Shown here one piece after another: positions 8,449 through 18,498 of a stretch of 64,000 bases of DNA. Within the stretch, counting starts at the first letter, position 1. Every line of letters starts with the position of its first letter. The notes beneath the pieces were generated by a model that was given only the letters and a program-made list of their open reading frames with translations, was not told the DNA's origin and ran no database searches. The stretch is from Patescibacteria group bacterium (GTDB taxonomy: Bacteria; Patescibacteriota; Minisyncoccia; Phycocordibacterales; PALSA-1337): NCBI GenBank assembly GCA_040387635.1, contig JAZKDJ010000001.1, forward strand, positions 179,851-243,850, read 5' to 3'. The position numbers and the translations under genes are program-made.

Positions 8449-9939
8449 GTGATAGTCTTACCGCTCAATTTAAAAATTATTGGCCAGAGTATTCATTTTT
8501 CCTATTCTCGGTTCGTAAAACCAAAATCAATTGACGAAGACAGCAGGCGTAAGGAGTTTATCCTTACCGTCATACTTCTAGGATCTATTGTTACGCTTGC
8601 TTGTTTAGACACATTAGTTTTGTACGCTTCAATTACAAAAGGTTCCGAATATACCGGGGTATCATTTTTAATGTTCAGTTCTATCCTCGCAGGTTTTGTG
8701 ATTATGTATATACTCGCCCGCATAGGCTACGTCCGTGTAATTTCTTTTGTACTGATTGGGGCATACGCACTCACAAATTCCTACGCCGTATATCGTTGGG
8801 GTATCAACTTACCATCCAGCCTTCTCTCATATGCAGTAATAATAGTAATCTCAAGCATTCTCATAAATACAAGGTTTGGATTCGCAATTACTGGCCTTCT
8901 TATGGCATTGACCGTCACAACAGGATATCTCCAAGAATACGGACTATACCACCCCAACCTATCCTGGCGAATTGAGGATCCAGAAGCAATTGATGGTATC
9001 AAGTACAGTGTCCTGTTTCTTTTACTTATGCTTATATCCTGGCTTTCAAATAGAGAAATAGAAAAGTCTCTTCAAAGAGCTAGAAAATCTGAGCAGGAAT
9101 TAAAAGTCGAACGCGATATGCTTGAGGTCAAAGTGGAGGAACGTACCCACCAACTCAAAATCGCTCAGATGGAAAAAATGAACCAGCTTTATCAATTCGC
9201 TGAATTTGGGAAACTTTCCACCGGCCTTTTTCACGATCTCCTCAATCCCCTCACATCCGTATGTCTCAATATTTCCAAACTAAAGACTGTTTCCGATTCT
9301 AACTTGCCACTTGTCAGGCAGCACTTAGAAATGGCTCTCCAAGCAAGTAAACGCATGGAGGGGTTCGCAAGTAAAGTACGTAAACAAATTAGCCGTTCTT
9401 CACAAGAAGAAATTTTTGACATGATAGCTGAGGCTCAGGATACAATTGAGCTCCAACGATTCAATGCCACTCGGAAAGGCATTAGCATTATGCATGAGCA
9501 TCTCACTAAAAGTATTGTTATTTATGGAAGCCCAGTAAAATTTAGACAGATCGTTTCCAACCTCATATCAAATTCTATTGATTCATACAGTATTGATACC
9601 AACTCGCATCAGACTAACAATATAGGCAAACGCATTATTACCCTTACCTTACAAGAAGATTCTCAGTACGTAAGAATGTCTGTGGTTGATAACGGGTCGG
9701 GCATCACCTCCTCTATTATTCACAAAATATTCGAGCCGTTCTTTACTACAAAACCTGTGGATCAAGGTACTGGATTCGGGTTACCAATGATCAAAGACAT
9801 TATCGAGAATGACTTTTCAGGAACAATAGAAGTCTTGAGCGAAGTAAACCAAGGCACAACTTTCCAGATTAATTTTCCCAAGCATGCACACCTCAGACAA
9901 ACTAAAATCCAATCAACCCATTCAACCCCCCCCCACTAA
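8449..9939 (+). CDS. Membrane sensor histidine kinase
   Basis: It has multiple N-terminal TM helices, a coiled coil, the H-box FHDLLNPL, and an HATPase region (VVDNGSGI, GTGFGLPMIKDI). It starts at GTG, and the exact start is uncertain. Confidence 0.85.
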   Translation: MIVLPLNLKIIGQSIHFSYSRFVKPKSIDEDSRRKEFILTVILLGSIVTLACLDTLVLYASITKGSEYTGVSFLMFSSILAGFVIMYILARIGYVRVISFVLIGAYALTNSYAVYRWGINLPSSLLSYAVIIVISSILINTRFGFAITGLLMALTVTTGYLQEYGLYHPNLSWRIEDPEAIDGIKYSVLFLLLMLISWLSNREIEKSLQRARKSEQELKVERDMLEVKVEERTHQLKIAQMEKMNQLYQFAEFGKLSTGLFHDLLNPLTSVCLNISKLKTVSDSNLPLVRQHLEMALQASKRMEGFASKVRKQISRSSQEEIFDMIAEAQDTIELQRFNATRKGISIMHEHLTKSIVIYGSPVKFRQIVSNLISNSIDSYSIDTNSHQTNNIGKRIITLTLQEDSQYVRMSVVDNGSGITSSIIHKIFEPFFTTKPVDQGTGFGLPMIKDIIENDFSGTIEVLSEVNQGTTFQINFPKHAHLRQTKIQSTHSTPPH

Positions 9940-10508
9940 ACCCCACTCGCCAGAGAAATAAGCCCTATTGAAAAGATACCTAAGAAGTTCATAGCAAACG
10001 AAACAGGAATGAGGACGGCTGTGCGAACGTGAGAAAATCCCATAATGGCAACACCTAATTCATCGGGCAGTGGTGAAGCGATGATAAGTGCGCCTACGAA
10101 AGGCGTTATCCATCTAAATGTTCTTCTCTTGAAGATGGCCTTGAACTTGCGATACTTCGGCATCTGAGCGAAATAATTGATGTCTTCCGCAAGTGTATCT
10201 CTGATAAAAAGGAAAAGGAGTAGGTCTCCAAGCACTGCACCCATCGCACCCCAGAGTGCCATCGAAAGAAGATTGGTAGTGTGGGCAAGGTTTGCGAAAG
10301 CGATTATAGATATTGGTGTCGTGAAGACAGAGGTGAAGAGCGTGCCGTAGATGATGCTATCGATAAACTTAATGCCGAAATTGAGTGAAGATACGTATGA
10401 GAAGAAGCCAATGCGATGGAGAAAAAAACCTAAGGCAACGCTCAGTGCGATTATGATCACATCCCTCTTAATTTTTCGAAGATGCACGTTTTGTGATTTC
10501 ACCAACAT
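9936..10508 (-). CDS. Integral membrane protein, possibly VTT/DedA-superfamily (YqaA-like)
   Basis: It has 4-5 predicted TM helices. Segments GAMGAVLGDLLLFLF and ASPLPDELGVAIMG resemble VTT-domain motifs. The family assignment is tentative. Confidence 0.45.
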   Translation of the reverse strand: MLVKSQNVHLRKIKRDVIIIALSVALGFFLHRIGFFSYVSSLNFGIKFIDSIIYGTLFTSVFTTPISIIAFANLAHTTNLLSMALWGAMGAVLGDLLLFLFIRDTLAEDINYFAQMPKYRKFKAIFKRRTFRWITPFVGALIIASPLPDELGVAIMGFSHVRTAVLIPVSFAMNFLGIFSIGLISLASGV

Positions 10509-10538
10509 AGGATAAGTATAGCAGAATTAGGATACAGC

Positions 10539-10574
10539 AAAAACAGCGCGGGCCGTACGGCCCGCGCTGTTTTA
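10539..10574. terminator. Strong GC-rich hairpin terminator (bidirectional shape)
   Basis: ACAGCGCGGGCC-GTAC-GGCCCGCGCTGT forms a 12-bp perfect stem flanked by an A-run and a T-run. It lies directly downstream of the minus-strand gene ending at 10581. Confidence 0.75.
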
Positions 10575-10580
10575 ACTTCC

Positions 10581-11990
10581 CTACTGCATCACGCTTTTGA
10601 CTGCCTCAATAATACTTTCGGCTTTGTTTAAGAGAGTAACAACATCCTGGAGCTCCTGTGCATCCTTTGCAGCTTTGGCTCGAGATGCGGATACATCCTC
10701 GACTTTCACCTCTTCCTTTGAAGGACTGATAGATTCGTTCTTTGGCTTCTTAGAGGCATCCTTGATATCTACTGCTGGAGTCGAAGTAGGCGCATCTGTA
10801 GGTGCTTCTACTGTCGTTGAAGCTGTTGAAGTTGCTGGAGTAGTTGCATCCTTAGTTGTTGAAGCTGTTGTTGTTGCACCAGCAGCAAGGTCAGTAGTTG
10901 TCGCGGTCGATGTAGACAATGCCACTGCGGCAGTTGTTGTTGATTCTGAGATATCATCCTCATCTGATTCGTTCTTAGAGTCGTCCTGGGAGTCATTCTT
11001 GGATTCATCTCCCATAGAAACTACCTTAGGAGCTTCTTCCTCTTGGTTAAGGTTCTTTAGCTTGAGCTTTGCGTCATGGATGAGTGCATCAGCTTCCTTT
11101 ACTCGTTTCTCATATTCCGCATAGACAAGAACATCAATCGTCGTTGTTGATTTCTTTGCTCCGCTGTCTACCTTCTTATCAAGCGATTCGAGATCCTCCT
11201 CGAGATCAACTAATTTCTTCTTGAGCTGCTTCTGGTACCTGTCGATACTATCTGCTGCAGCAAGTACTGTTTTCTCTTCGGTAATAAGATTGATGAAACC
11301 TTCTGTCTGGCTATTCTGTTCAGCGATCTTGGCCTGAATGTCCTTCAAATGATCTTTGACCTGTGAGTCTTTGTTAGCAGCTGATGTAATCGTCTTGTCG
11401 TACACACTGAGTACAGACTCGAAACTAACGCCGGCCTTGAGTGCCTCATCTCGATCCTGTTCCTTCACTTCCTTTATTTGATTATGAAAATTCTGGGCAT
11501 GCTCCTCGAAGTTCTTTGCGAGAAGAATCATGTCTTTGTTATCGACGTCTTTTCGGACGCTCTTGCTCTGTGCTACAAGCTCCGCTTCAGCGAGTCGTCG
11601 CTCAGCAAGTTCGGCTTCACGTTTTATTTTCTCCTTAGGATCATTTACAAAGCTGCTCACCACCTTCTCGTTAACGTTGAGCTTCACAGAATATAGAGTG
11701 TCTCCAGGCAATGTACCTTCAGCAGCAAACAGTGTTGTAACTGTCATTGCAAAGACAGCGGCCATTGAGGCGAGCGCGCCCATCTTCTTGGCACTGTGTC
11801 GTATTCCAAATGTCATATCCAACACGTACTCTCCGTATGAAAAAGGTGAAAGTATCCTCTGTGGTTTGAGGAGGAGCTTAGGACTCTCGTCCACGTACTT
11901 CAAAATAGCCTGTTTAACAGTCCTGTGTTCCGAAACCGTCATTGAGACAGTCTTGGCGCTATTGAATAGTTTGTTAAGCTCTGTTTTCAT
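10581..11990 (-). CDS. Putative anti-sigma / DUF5667-like membrane protein with coiled coil and T/A/S-rich low-complexity tail
   Basis: It overlaps the 3' end of the sigma gene by 17 nt. It has a single TM (LASMAAVFAMTVTTLFA) followed by PGDTLYSVKLNVNEK and AERRLAEAE. It is paralogous to 44023..44802. Confidence 0.55.
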   Translation of the reverse strand: MKTELNKLFNSAKTVSMTVSEHRTVKQAILKYVDESPKLLLKPQRILSPFSYGEYVLDMTFGIRHSAKKMGALASMAAVFAMTVTTLFAAEGTLPGDTLYSVKLNVNEKVVSSFVNDPKEKIKREAELAERRLAEAELVAQSKSVRKDVDNKDMILLAKNFEEHAQNFHNQIKEVKEQDRDEALKAGVSFESVLSVYDKTITSAANKDSQVKDHLKDIQAKIAEQNSQTEGFINLITEEKTVLAAADSIDRYQKQLKKKLVDLEEDLESLDKKVDSGAKKSTTTIDVLVYAEYEKRVKEADALIHDAKLKLKNLNQEEEAPKVVSMGDESKNDSQDDSKNESDEDDISESTTTAAVALSTSTATTTDLAAGATTTASTTKDATTPATSTASTTVEAPTDAPTSTPAVDIKDASKKPKNESISPSKEEVKVEDVSASRAKAAKDAQELQDVVTLLNKAESIIEAVKSVMQ

Positions 11991-12495
11991 ATTCTTGTAA
12001 AATTGTTTTCAGCTGCTTGAGCGTCCTGTGAATTCTCACCGAAATGACATTCACACTCTCTCCTGTAACGGCTGCAATTTCGTTCACTCCCATCTCGTCT
12101 ATATATCTCATAACGATGACATCGCGATTTCTCTTTGGAAGCTTGTCGAGATACTTCATCAGTATCCCTGCATCAGCATCGCTCACGATTTTCAAATCAT
12201 CGTCATTCTGAGGATCAAACCCCTCATCTTCACTCATACTATCCAAGGAAGCTTCTGACTGTTTTCTCCACTCATTAAGGATGAGGTTGTGGGCTACCCT
12301 GTAGAGAAAAGCTCGAATGTTATCGATAGTATGGCCCTGAGCCAAATACTGCCAGGTCTTGGTAAAAACCTCCTGAACCAGCTCTTTAGCCCGTTCCCTG
12401 TCATGAACCCGGAAATAGCAGTGCCGAAATATGGCATTTGCGTAGTCTTCGTAGGCCTTTTCGAACTGTCGCTTGATCTCTACCATATATGACAC
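11974..12495 (-). CDS. Sigma-70 family (ECF-like, group 4) RNA polymerase sigma factor
   Basis: Region 2 (AKELVQEVFTKTW, RAFLYRVAHNLILNEWRK) and region 4 (RDVIVMRYIDEMGVNEIAAVTGESVNVISVRIHR) are present. It is 173 aa with a GTG start. Confidence 0.9.
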   Translation of the reverse strand: MSYMVEIKRQFEKAYEDYANAIFRHCYFRVHDRERAKELVQEVFTKTWQYLAQGHTIDNIRAFLYRVAHNLILNEWRKQSEASLDSMSEDEGFDPQNDDDLKIVSDADAGILMKYLDKLPKRNRDVIVMRYIDEMGVNEIAAVTGESVNVISVRIHRTLKQLKTILQEYENRA

Positions 12496-12780
12496 ATTTA
12501 TACCTTTAATCTTACATATAATCCATAGCTTAAGCCCTTTTGTTCGCCCACCCCATTTCTACCCTCTTTTGTGACAAGACCAGGCAAAATATGAGCACAT
12601 GATGAAGAAATAACATCGAGATTCAGTAAGATAAGCCCCTCCGGAGGTGTCATCACTTACGTACCAAGCGAAACCATAGGACTAGGTCGATTCCATGATT
12701 ACGCTTAGTAATAGTCACAACTGAATAGACGACACTAAGTCATTATTACTAACATTTACTAATTATTTTAAATTACCATT

Positions 12781-14736
12781 ATGAACAGAAAGAAATTATT
12801 TCAAACTGGTTCCGTGATCGCAACAATGGCAATGACACTTGTTGCTGCATTTGCCGTCGCAGGCCAGGCATCACCGCGAGCTGAAGCTCAGGTGACAACA
12901 ACCACAACAACGGCAGTCGTGGTAACCACTCCTGCATATACTCGTGACCTTACAATAGGAAGCACGGGTGCGGATGTGGTCGCACTTCAGACGTTCTTGG
13001 TTGCAAGAGGCCACCTTGTAATGCCCCCAGGCGTTGCCATGGGTTATTTTGGACAATTGACGCGAGCAGCGCTTGCCCGATACCAGGCCTCAGCTGGAAT
13101 TCCTGCAACAGGATATTTCGGCCCAATCACCCGAGCAAATCTCAACTCAATGGGAGGAGGCCCAGTGGTGGTTATACCTCCAACATGTCCGACAGGCTTC
13201 ACATGTACTCCTAACAATCCCCCAGTAGCAGTATGTCCAGTAGGATTCGTATGTACTCCTACAACTAACCCTAATCCAACAAATGATGGAAGCGAGGGTC
13301 AGCTAACTGAAATTGAGGTATCAGGAGGAACAGACTCTTCAGTGGAAGAAGGACAGGAGGATGCACGAGTCTTGGGTATTCAGTTTGAAGCTCAGGATTC
13401 TGACATTACCCTTAGCCGAGTGGATGTTGAATTCGATCTCTCAGGAGCAGCTGGAAACGAGAGCGACAACCTAGACCGATACATCGACTCAGTCAGCCTT
13501 GTACTTGATGGAAGGGTCATCGACACAATGGATATAGACGATGCTGAGGACGACGATGAAATCTTCTCATTCCGATTCACAGGCCTTAACGCAAGAATCA
13601 ACGAGGACGCGACAGGACGACTCTACGTTACTGTGGATGCAGTTAGCTCTGTAGAGAGCGATGACGAAACAACTGACATCGTGGTCAGAATCCCAACAGA
13701 CGGAATCCGAGCAATTGACGAAGCAAACATCACAGAGACATACGTCGATAGCACAGACGATCTTGAAGACACATTCCGTGTCGGAGAGCGATCAGTAGGA
13801 GATCTCAATATCAACATTGATGACGCAGACAATGATGATAGGACAGTATCTATCGATGAAGACGAGACAACTGAAGACGTAACTCTCCTCGCATTCACAC
13901 TCGACAGCGAAGATCAGACCAACACAGTTACCGATCTTACTGTTGACCTCGATGCGACAGGAGCAGACGCGAGCGACATTATTGACACTCTTTATCTCTT
14001 TGTAGATGACGAAGAGGTGGCAAGCGAATCAGTGGGTGGAACAGGCGATGTGTCTGTATCATTCGATGACGTCGACTTCGATGTCGAAGAGGATGAAACT
14101 GTAGACGTTGAAATACGAGCCGACATTCGAGAGCTCGATGGCAACTACTCTAACGGTGCATCTATCCGAGCAACAATCCAGGAAACTGGTATTGAATCAG
14201 AGGACGAGGAAGGAGATGACACAGAGATCGGTGGTGGTGATGCAGAAGGAGGACTTCTTACCCTTCGAACATCAGGAACCATGGTTGATAATGGCACAAG
14301 GAACGCATCAGTTCGAACCAACGTCAACACAACAAACAGCGACGACCAGGGTGTATACACTATCGACTTCACTGTTGAAGCCTTCGAAGACCCAGCTTAC
14401 GTAGAGCTTTCAGCCTTCCAAGGAACAGCAGAGACTGATACTGGAGTAAACTACCTTATTGAAACTGCAAGCAACGTAACAGTTACTACAGGAACTACAA
14501 CAGCGACCCTTGAGCACCTTAACGGAGGCTCTCGAACTGGAAGCTTCGTAAGAATCAATGACGGAAGCTCAGCAACATTCCGACTCACCGTATACTTTGA
14601 TCCTTCAGTATCTGGATCATATCGAGCACAGCTTTACTCAATTAACTTCGCAGAGACCGCAGTACAACCTACAATTCAGGAGGTAACTTCACCGGAACAG
14701 GACTATGAAACTCCATCGGTACTAGTACTCGACTAG
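12781..14736 (+). CDS. Secreted peptidoglycan-binding-domain protein with long acidic beta-rich region
   Basis: It has a signal peptide (…AFAVAGQASP), a PG_binding_1-like repeat (GADVVALQTFLVARGH…GYFGQLTRAALARYQ) and duplicated CP(T/V)GF(T/V)CTP. About 450 aa of D/E/T-rich sequence follows. Confidence 0.75.
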   Translation: MNRKKLFQTGSVIATMAMTLVAAFAVAGQASPRAEAQVTTTTTTAVVVTTPAYTRDLTIGSTGADVVALQTFLVARGHLVMPPGVAMGYFGQLTRAALARYQASAGIPATGYFGPITRANLNSMGGGPVVVIPPTCPTGFTCTPNNPPVAVCPVGFVCTPTTNPNPTNDGSEGQLTEIEVSGGTDSSVEEGQEDARVLGIQFEAQDSDITLSRVDVEFDLSGAAGNESDNLDRYIDSVSLVLDGRVIDTMDIDDAEDDDEIFSFRFTGLNARINEDATGRLYVTVDAVSSVESDDETTDIVVRIPTDGIRAIDEANITETYVDSTDDLEDTFRVGERSVGDLNINIDDADNDDRTVSIDEDETTEDVTLLAFTLDSEDQTNTVTDLTVDLDATGADASDIIDTLYLFVDDEEVASESVGGTGDVSVSFDDVDFDVEEDETVDVEIRADIRELDGNYSNGASIRATIQETGIESEDEEGDDTEIGGGDAEGGLLTLRTSGTMVDNGTRNASVRTNVNTTNSDDQGVYTIDFTVEAFEDPAYVELSAFQGTAETDTGVNYLIETASNVTVTTGTTTATLEHLNGGSRTGSFVRINDGSSATFRLTVYFDPSVSGSYRAQLYSINFAETAVQPTIQEVTSPEQDYETPSVLVLD

Positions 14737-14796
14737 CCTTCTCGAATTAGCCACGGACGCACTCACACCGCAACTGTAGTGCAGCCATAGCGAAAC

Positions 14797-14827
14797 AAAA
14801 AACCACTCTATATAGGGTGGTTTTTTG
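14797..14827. terminator. Bidirectional intrinsic terminator between convergent genes
   Basis: AAAAAACCACTC-TATATA-GGGTGGTTTTTT. Confidence 0.65.
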
Positions 14828-14844
14828 TTGTGTACACAACGTAG

Positions 14845-15543
14845 TTATCTGTTCTCTATTGAACCAATGGTCACAGTATTCGCTATTCCCCTTACGAACT
14901 CTGGAGTTGCCTGCGTAGATGTAGCACCATAGGGTCTATAGATAAACAAAGCAGCGAAATCAGATTGAGGAGTAGTAGACGCAAGATCAAATGCATAGAT
15001 TGGACCAAAGAGAGAACTAATCCTCTGCCCTGTCTGTAAGTTTTCAGTCACCAATCTGTAGTAGAGTTCAGTCACCTCGAAACCCGTAGAAGTCATGTAC
15101 ATTCTCTGGCGTTCAACACGCGGACAACCAATAGTTTCTGTAGGACCATCAGATGTACACAGAAGCTGTGCGTAATCAAAAATAAAATCATTGAAATTCC
15201 TATAGCCCGCTTCCCCACTCTCGACCACGGTTCCTGCAACAAACGTATCCGATGTTCCTCCGGTTGGAATACCTATCGATACGTACTGCGATGTATTTTC
15301 TCTTGCAGCAAAACCAAGAGGATATTTCAGCTCATATACATACTTCCTATTTGTATATGTTGAGGATCTACCCAAGACAGGAGTGCCTTCCAAGGGTTCT
15401 AAAGGTTCTCTACTACCCACATTGTTATTTATATTTCCTGGCAATAGCAAATCAGGAATGCCTCTTTTGCCAAAAGCATTGTAAGCAATTCCAATAACGG
15501 CAAGAGCCGCCACGACGATAATTGTCGTAGAAATAAATCTCAT
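14845..15543 (-). CDS. Hypothetical membrane-anchored secreted protein
   Basis: It is a 232-aa ORF with an N-terminal TM (FISTTIIVVAALAVIGIAY). I recognised no family. Confidence 0.55.
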   Translation of the reverse strand: MRFISTTIIVVAALAVIGIAYNAFGKRGIPDLLLPGNINNNVGSREPLEPLEGTPVLGRSSTYTNRKYVYELKYPLGFAARENTSQYVSIGIPTGGTSDTFVAGTVVESGEAGYRNFNDFIFDYAQLLCTSDGPTETIGCPRVERQRMYMTSTGFEVTELYYRLVTENLQTGQRISSLFGPIYAFDLASTTPQSDFAALFIYRPYGATSTQATPEFVRGIANTVTIGSIENR

Positions 15544-15578
15544 GAGATGTGATTTTATCTATTGCTTCTACGGGACTT

Positions 15579-15731
15579 TTATTGAACTGGATTCCTTCCC
15601 TGGATGAGACGAATCGCAAAGACAATGATAGCTATAGCGAGAAGAACGTGGATCAGACCGCCTGCTATCTGAAAGCCTAGAAATCCGACTGCCCATAGAA
15701 CCAACAATACGATTGCAATGGTTGTAAGCAT
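15579..15731 (-). CDS. lmo0937-family small membrane protein (50 aa), not in the ORF track
   Basis: The translation is MLTTIAIVLLVLWAVGFLGFQIAGGLIHVLLAIAIIVFAIRLIQGRNPVQ. This matches the characteristic LLVLW..GF.G....GGLIH.LL.IA pattern of this family. Confidence 0.7.
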   Translation of the reverse strand: MLTTIAIVLLVLWAVGFLGFQIAGGLIHVLLAIAIIVFAIRLIQGRNPVQ

Positions 15732-15808
15732 AAATGTTTGAAATTAATTATAAACGTATCTATGCTTCCATTATCAAATTCGAGTCTGAAGAGAACATTA
15801 ATTTCTTA

Positions 15809-16615
15809 CTACTTGAGATGTGTGTTAAGAAATGTAAGTGTCTTTGCCCACGCGTCTTTTGTTTCCTCAGGAGCATAGTTCATGCCCGAAGGATTGGCGA
15901 AAGCATGTCCCACTCCAGGATAGATGTACACCTCGTTTGTTATACCCAACTCATCAAGCTGCTGTTTAAATTCCTGAACTCTGGCGACAGGTATTGAAGT
16001 ATCCTTATCTCCGAAAATACCGAGAACAGGCGCGTCCACTGATGCCAACCTATCCTTCTCTGTTACAAGCTGACCGTAGTACAAAGCAGTAGCATCAAGC
16101 TTGAGATCGCTCAACGAAAGCTGCAGAGACTGCCCTCCACCGAAACACCAGCCGAGCGAAGCAATCTTCGTGATTCCCTGATTCTGCAAGTACTGAGCCG
16201 CTGCCTTCATATTATTGAGCGCGTCTGTTTGGTTAATGCCTCTGGAATATGCCATAGCCTCACTTGAAGTAGCTGCGATTTTGCCGTTATAGAGATCGAC
16301 GGCAAGTACTTTGTAACCATTCTTTGCGAGCTCTTCTGCGGTCTGTTTTATTTGATCATTCAATCCCCACCACTCATGAATCACAATCACTCCAGGATAA
16401 TTACCCTCCTCCCTAGGTTCGGCGTACCATCCTCTCGTCGATGTACCGTAGTACGATGCTTCTCTGCTAGCAATCTCAACTGTGCTTGAAGTAGCAAGCA
16501 TATTGATATTGGTCTGATCTCCAGTGAGAGGTGCGTCAGTATTTCTGTTAGAGAAAAGCGAGATACCCACCAACACAACGATGATTATAATGATGATGTA
16601 AAGAATATTTCTCAT
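15809..16615 (-). CDS. Dienelactone hydrolase family protein, N-terminal TM anchor
   Basis: Motifs VIHEWWGLNDQIK and GWCFGG (nucleophile region) and the C-terminal YPGVGHAF are present. The ATG at 16615 is preferred over the TTG at 16642. Confidence 0.8.
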   Translation of the reverse strand: MRNILYIIIIIIVVLVGISLFSNRNTDAPLTGDQTNINMLATSSTVEIASREASYYGTSTRGWYAEPREEGNYPGVIVIHEWWGLNDQIKQTAEELAKNGYKVLAVDLYNGKIAATSSEAMAYSRGINQTDALNNMKAAAQYLQNQGITKIASLGWCFGGGQSLQLSLSDLKLDATALYYGQLVTEKDRLASVDAPVLGIFGDKDTSIPVARVQEFKQQLDELGITNEVYIYPGVGHAFANPSGMNYAPEETKDAWAKTLTFLNTHLK

Positions 16616-16704
16616 AAATAGAAAAATTAGCTGATATATCAAATTATATGGCGGATTCGATGAGTGTTCAATGAATGCCTTTAGATGTTAAGCACCTACT
16701 CGTC

Positions 16705-18498
16705 CTAACTCCTTCTCTGTCCTTTCATAAGCATGTCCATAGCATGTTCGAGCGAACCTGCAGCCTTGATCTCTCCGCCGTTTACGAAGAATATTTCATC
16801 AGCACTTTCAATTGTATTGAGGCGATGAGCGATAATAACGCGAGTTGTCTCCTTTGGAAGCTTCTTTAGAATCTCCTCAAGCAGCTCTTCAGTTATAGTG
16901 TCTATGTTTGCCGTTGCCTCATCGAGAATGAGAATCTCAGGATGGCGAAGCATGGCACGCATGAAGGCAATGATCTGTCTCTGACCAAGGCTCATAGACG
17001 TATCCGTTGTCGATGTAGGTGTATCGAGACCCTTCTCAAATCTTGAGAGGAGTTTCTCAAGTCCAGCCTCTTTCAAAACTTCCACGAATTTTTCGTTTGT
17101 GTAGTCAGCATATTTCTCATTTCCATACAGAAGGTTTTCACGAACTGTACCTGTGAACAGGAATGGTTCCTGCAAAATGAAACCAATCTTGCTTGTCCTT
17201 TCAACTGCTTCGTAGCTTCGTATATCTTGGCCATTAAGCAAAACTTTACCTGAAGTAGGATCATACAATCGTGCGAGGAGAGACGCTGTCGTAGTTTTAC
17301 CTCCTCCAGTTGGTCCAACAAGCGCATATGTTTTACCCTTCTCCATCTTGAAGTTAATATTTCTCAAAACTTCAGTTCCGTTTGAGTAGTGGAATGAAAC
17401 GTCTTTGAATTCAATAACAGGCTGTGAAGCATTGTTCGATTTGTTTTTAGAATCATCAGGAACAACCTTGAGATTAGACTCGAGCGATAGGATCTCAGAA
17501 ACTCTGTCCCAGCTCGCAAGCGCTGACTGGAATTGTGTCCAAAGCACGGCCATCATTCGGAGAGGATCATAGAACCTAGACACATAGAGCAAGAAGCTTA
17601 CGAGAAGACCTACACCAAACTGACCCAGTGAGATGAGGTAAATACCATAAACGAGAACAATGAGCTGAGCTCCATAGTTCATGAAATCATATCCCGGTCC
17701 GAAGAAGTCGTTCCAGAGACCCGCCCTCATAGCTGCCTTGTAGTTCTCGGTATTCTTCTCGCTAAATTTCTGCCTGAAATAATCACGTCGATTGAAAGCG
17801 ACAACCACTCTGAAGTTCGTGAGGCTCTCTTGGATTTCTGAGCTCAATGCTCCGTTAGCCCTGAGACTGAGCTTGCTTCGATGCTTCACTCTGCCAGATA
17901 CAAGCTGGCTGAAAACCGTAATAACAACTGCTGGGATAAGAGCAGCAATACCAAGCTTCCAATTTATTACTACGATAAATATCGCTGCACCAGCCAGAAC
18001 GAAAATGCTTCCAAGGAAACGCATGATGGTCTCCGAGAAAAAGTTGTTGAGCTTCTGAGTGTCATCATTGATGCGTGAGATAAGATCTCCAGTTCGGTTG
18101 GCGTTAAAGAATGCCAAAGGCAAAGACTGAAGTTTTACAAAAAGCGTGTTACGAAGACTGAAAAGAGTTCTCTGTCCCACCCCTCCCATGATTTTCATTT
18201 GGACGTAGCTCGCAATGAATTCCAAAATATAAACGGCCAAAAGGATACCTGAGAATACCAATACGCCATGGTAATCCTCGCCTTGCACATATGTATCAAT
18301 AGTGTAACCAACAATTAATGGACCGAGCAGGTTGAACGCAGAATCGAGAAGAATAGCAATGAGGGCCAGAATAAAATTCTTCTTCTCATCCCTCATGAGA
18401 AATCTCATCCTGCTAATTACCTCACGCACGGTCATAGAATCCTCTTTCTTCGAGGAAGATTCCCTGCTCTCAGTTATTTTTGCTAGATCATATTCCAT
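16705..18498 (-). CDS. ABC exporter, fused permease/ATPase (MsbA/MdlB-like), subunit B of a pair
   Basis: It has a six-TM domain followed by Walker A GPTGGGKTT, signature MSLGQRQ and Walker B ILILDEAT. The start at MEYDL (18498) overlaps the upstream partner's stop by 11 nt. Confidence 0.9.
   Translation of the reverse strand: MEYDLAKITESRESSSKKEDSMTVREVISRMRFLMRDEKKNFILALIAILLDSAFNLLGPLIVGYTIDTYVQGEDYHGVLVFSGILLAVYILEFIASYVQMKIMGGVGQRTLFSLRNTLFVKLQSLPLAFFNANRTGDLISRINDDTQKLNNFFSETIMRFLGSIFVLAGAAIFIVVINWKLGIAALIPAVVITVFSQLVSGRVKHRSKLSLRANGALSSEIQESLTNFRVVVAFNRRDYFRQKFSEKNTENYKAAMRAGLWNDFFGPGYDFMNYGAQLIVLVYGIYLISLGQFGVGLLVSFLLYVSRFYDPLRMMAVLWTQFQSALASWDRVSEILSLESNLKVVPDDSKNKSNNASQPVIEFKDVSFHYSNGTEVLRNINFKMEKGKTYALVGPTGGGKTTTASLLARLYDPTSGKVLLNGQDIRSYEAVERTSKIGFILQEPFLFTGTVRENLLYGNEKYADYTNEKFVEVLKEAGLEKLLSRFEKGLDTPTSTTDTSMSLGQRQIIAFMRAMLRHPEILILDEATANIDTITEELLEEILKKLPKETTRVIIAHRLNTIESADEIFFVNGGEIKAAGSLEHAMDMLMKGQRRS

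Noticed and set aside
10597-11124. 175-aa plus-strand ORF and a Q/L-rich minus-strand ORF in the 10.6-11.1 kb region
   Set aside because: They are antisense or alternative frames of the T/A/S-rich low-complexity tail of the anti-sigma-like gene 10581-11990. They have no start-site signals.
12676-12700. T-arm-like sequence (GGTCGATTCC) in the sigma-1 / PG-binding-protein intergenic region, checked as a possible tRNA or tRNA fragment (att site)
   Set aside because: I could not build flanking acceptor, D or anticodon stems. It is also not a repeat of the tRNA-Gln 3' end.
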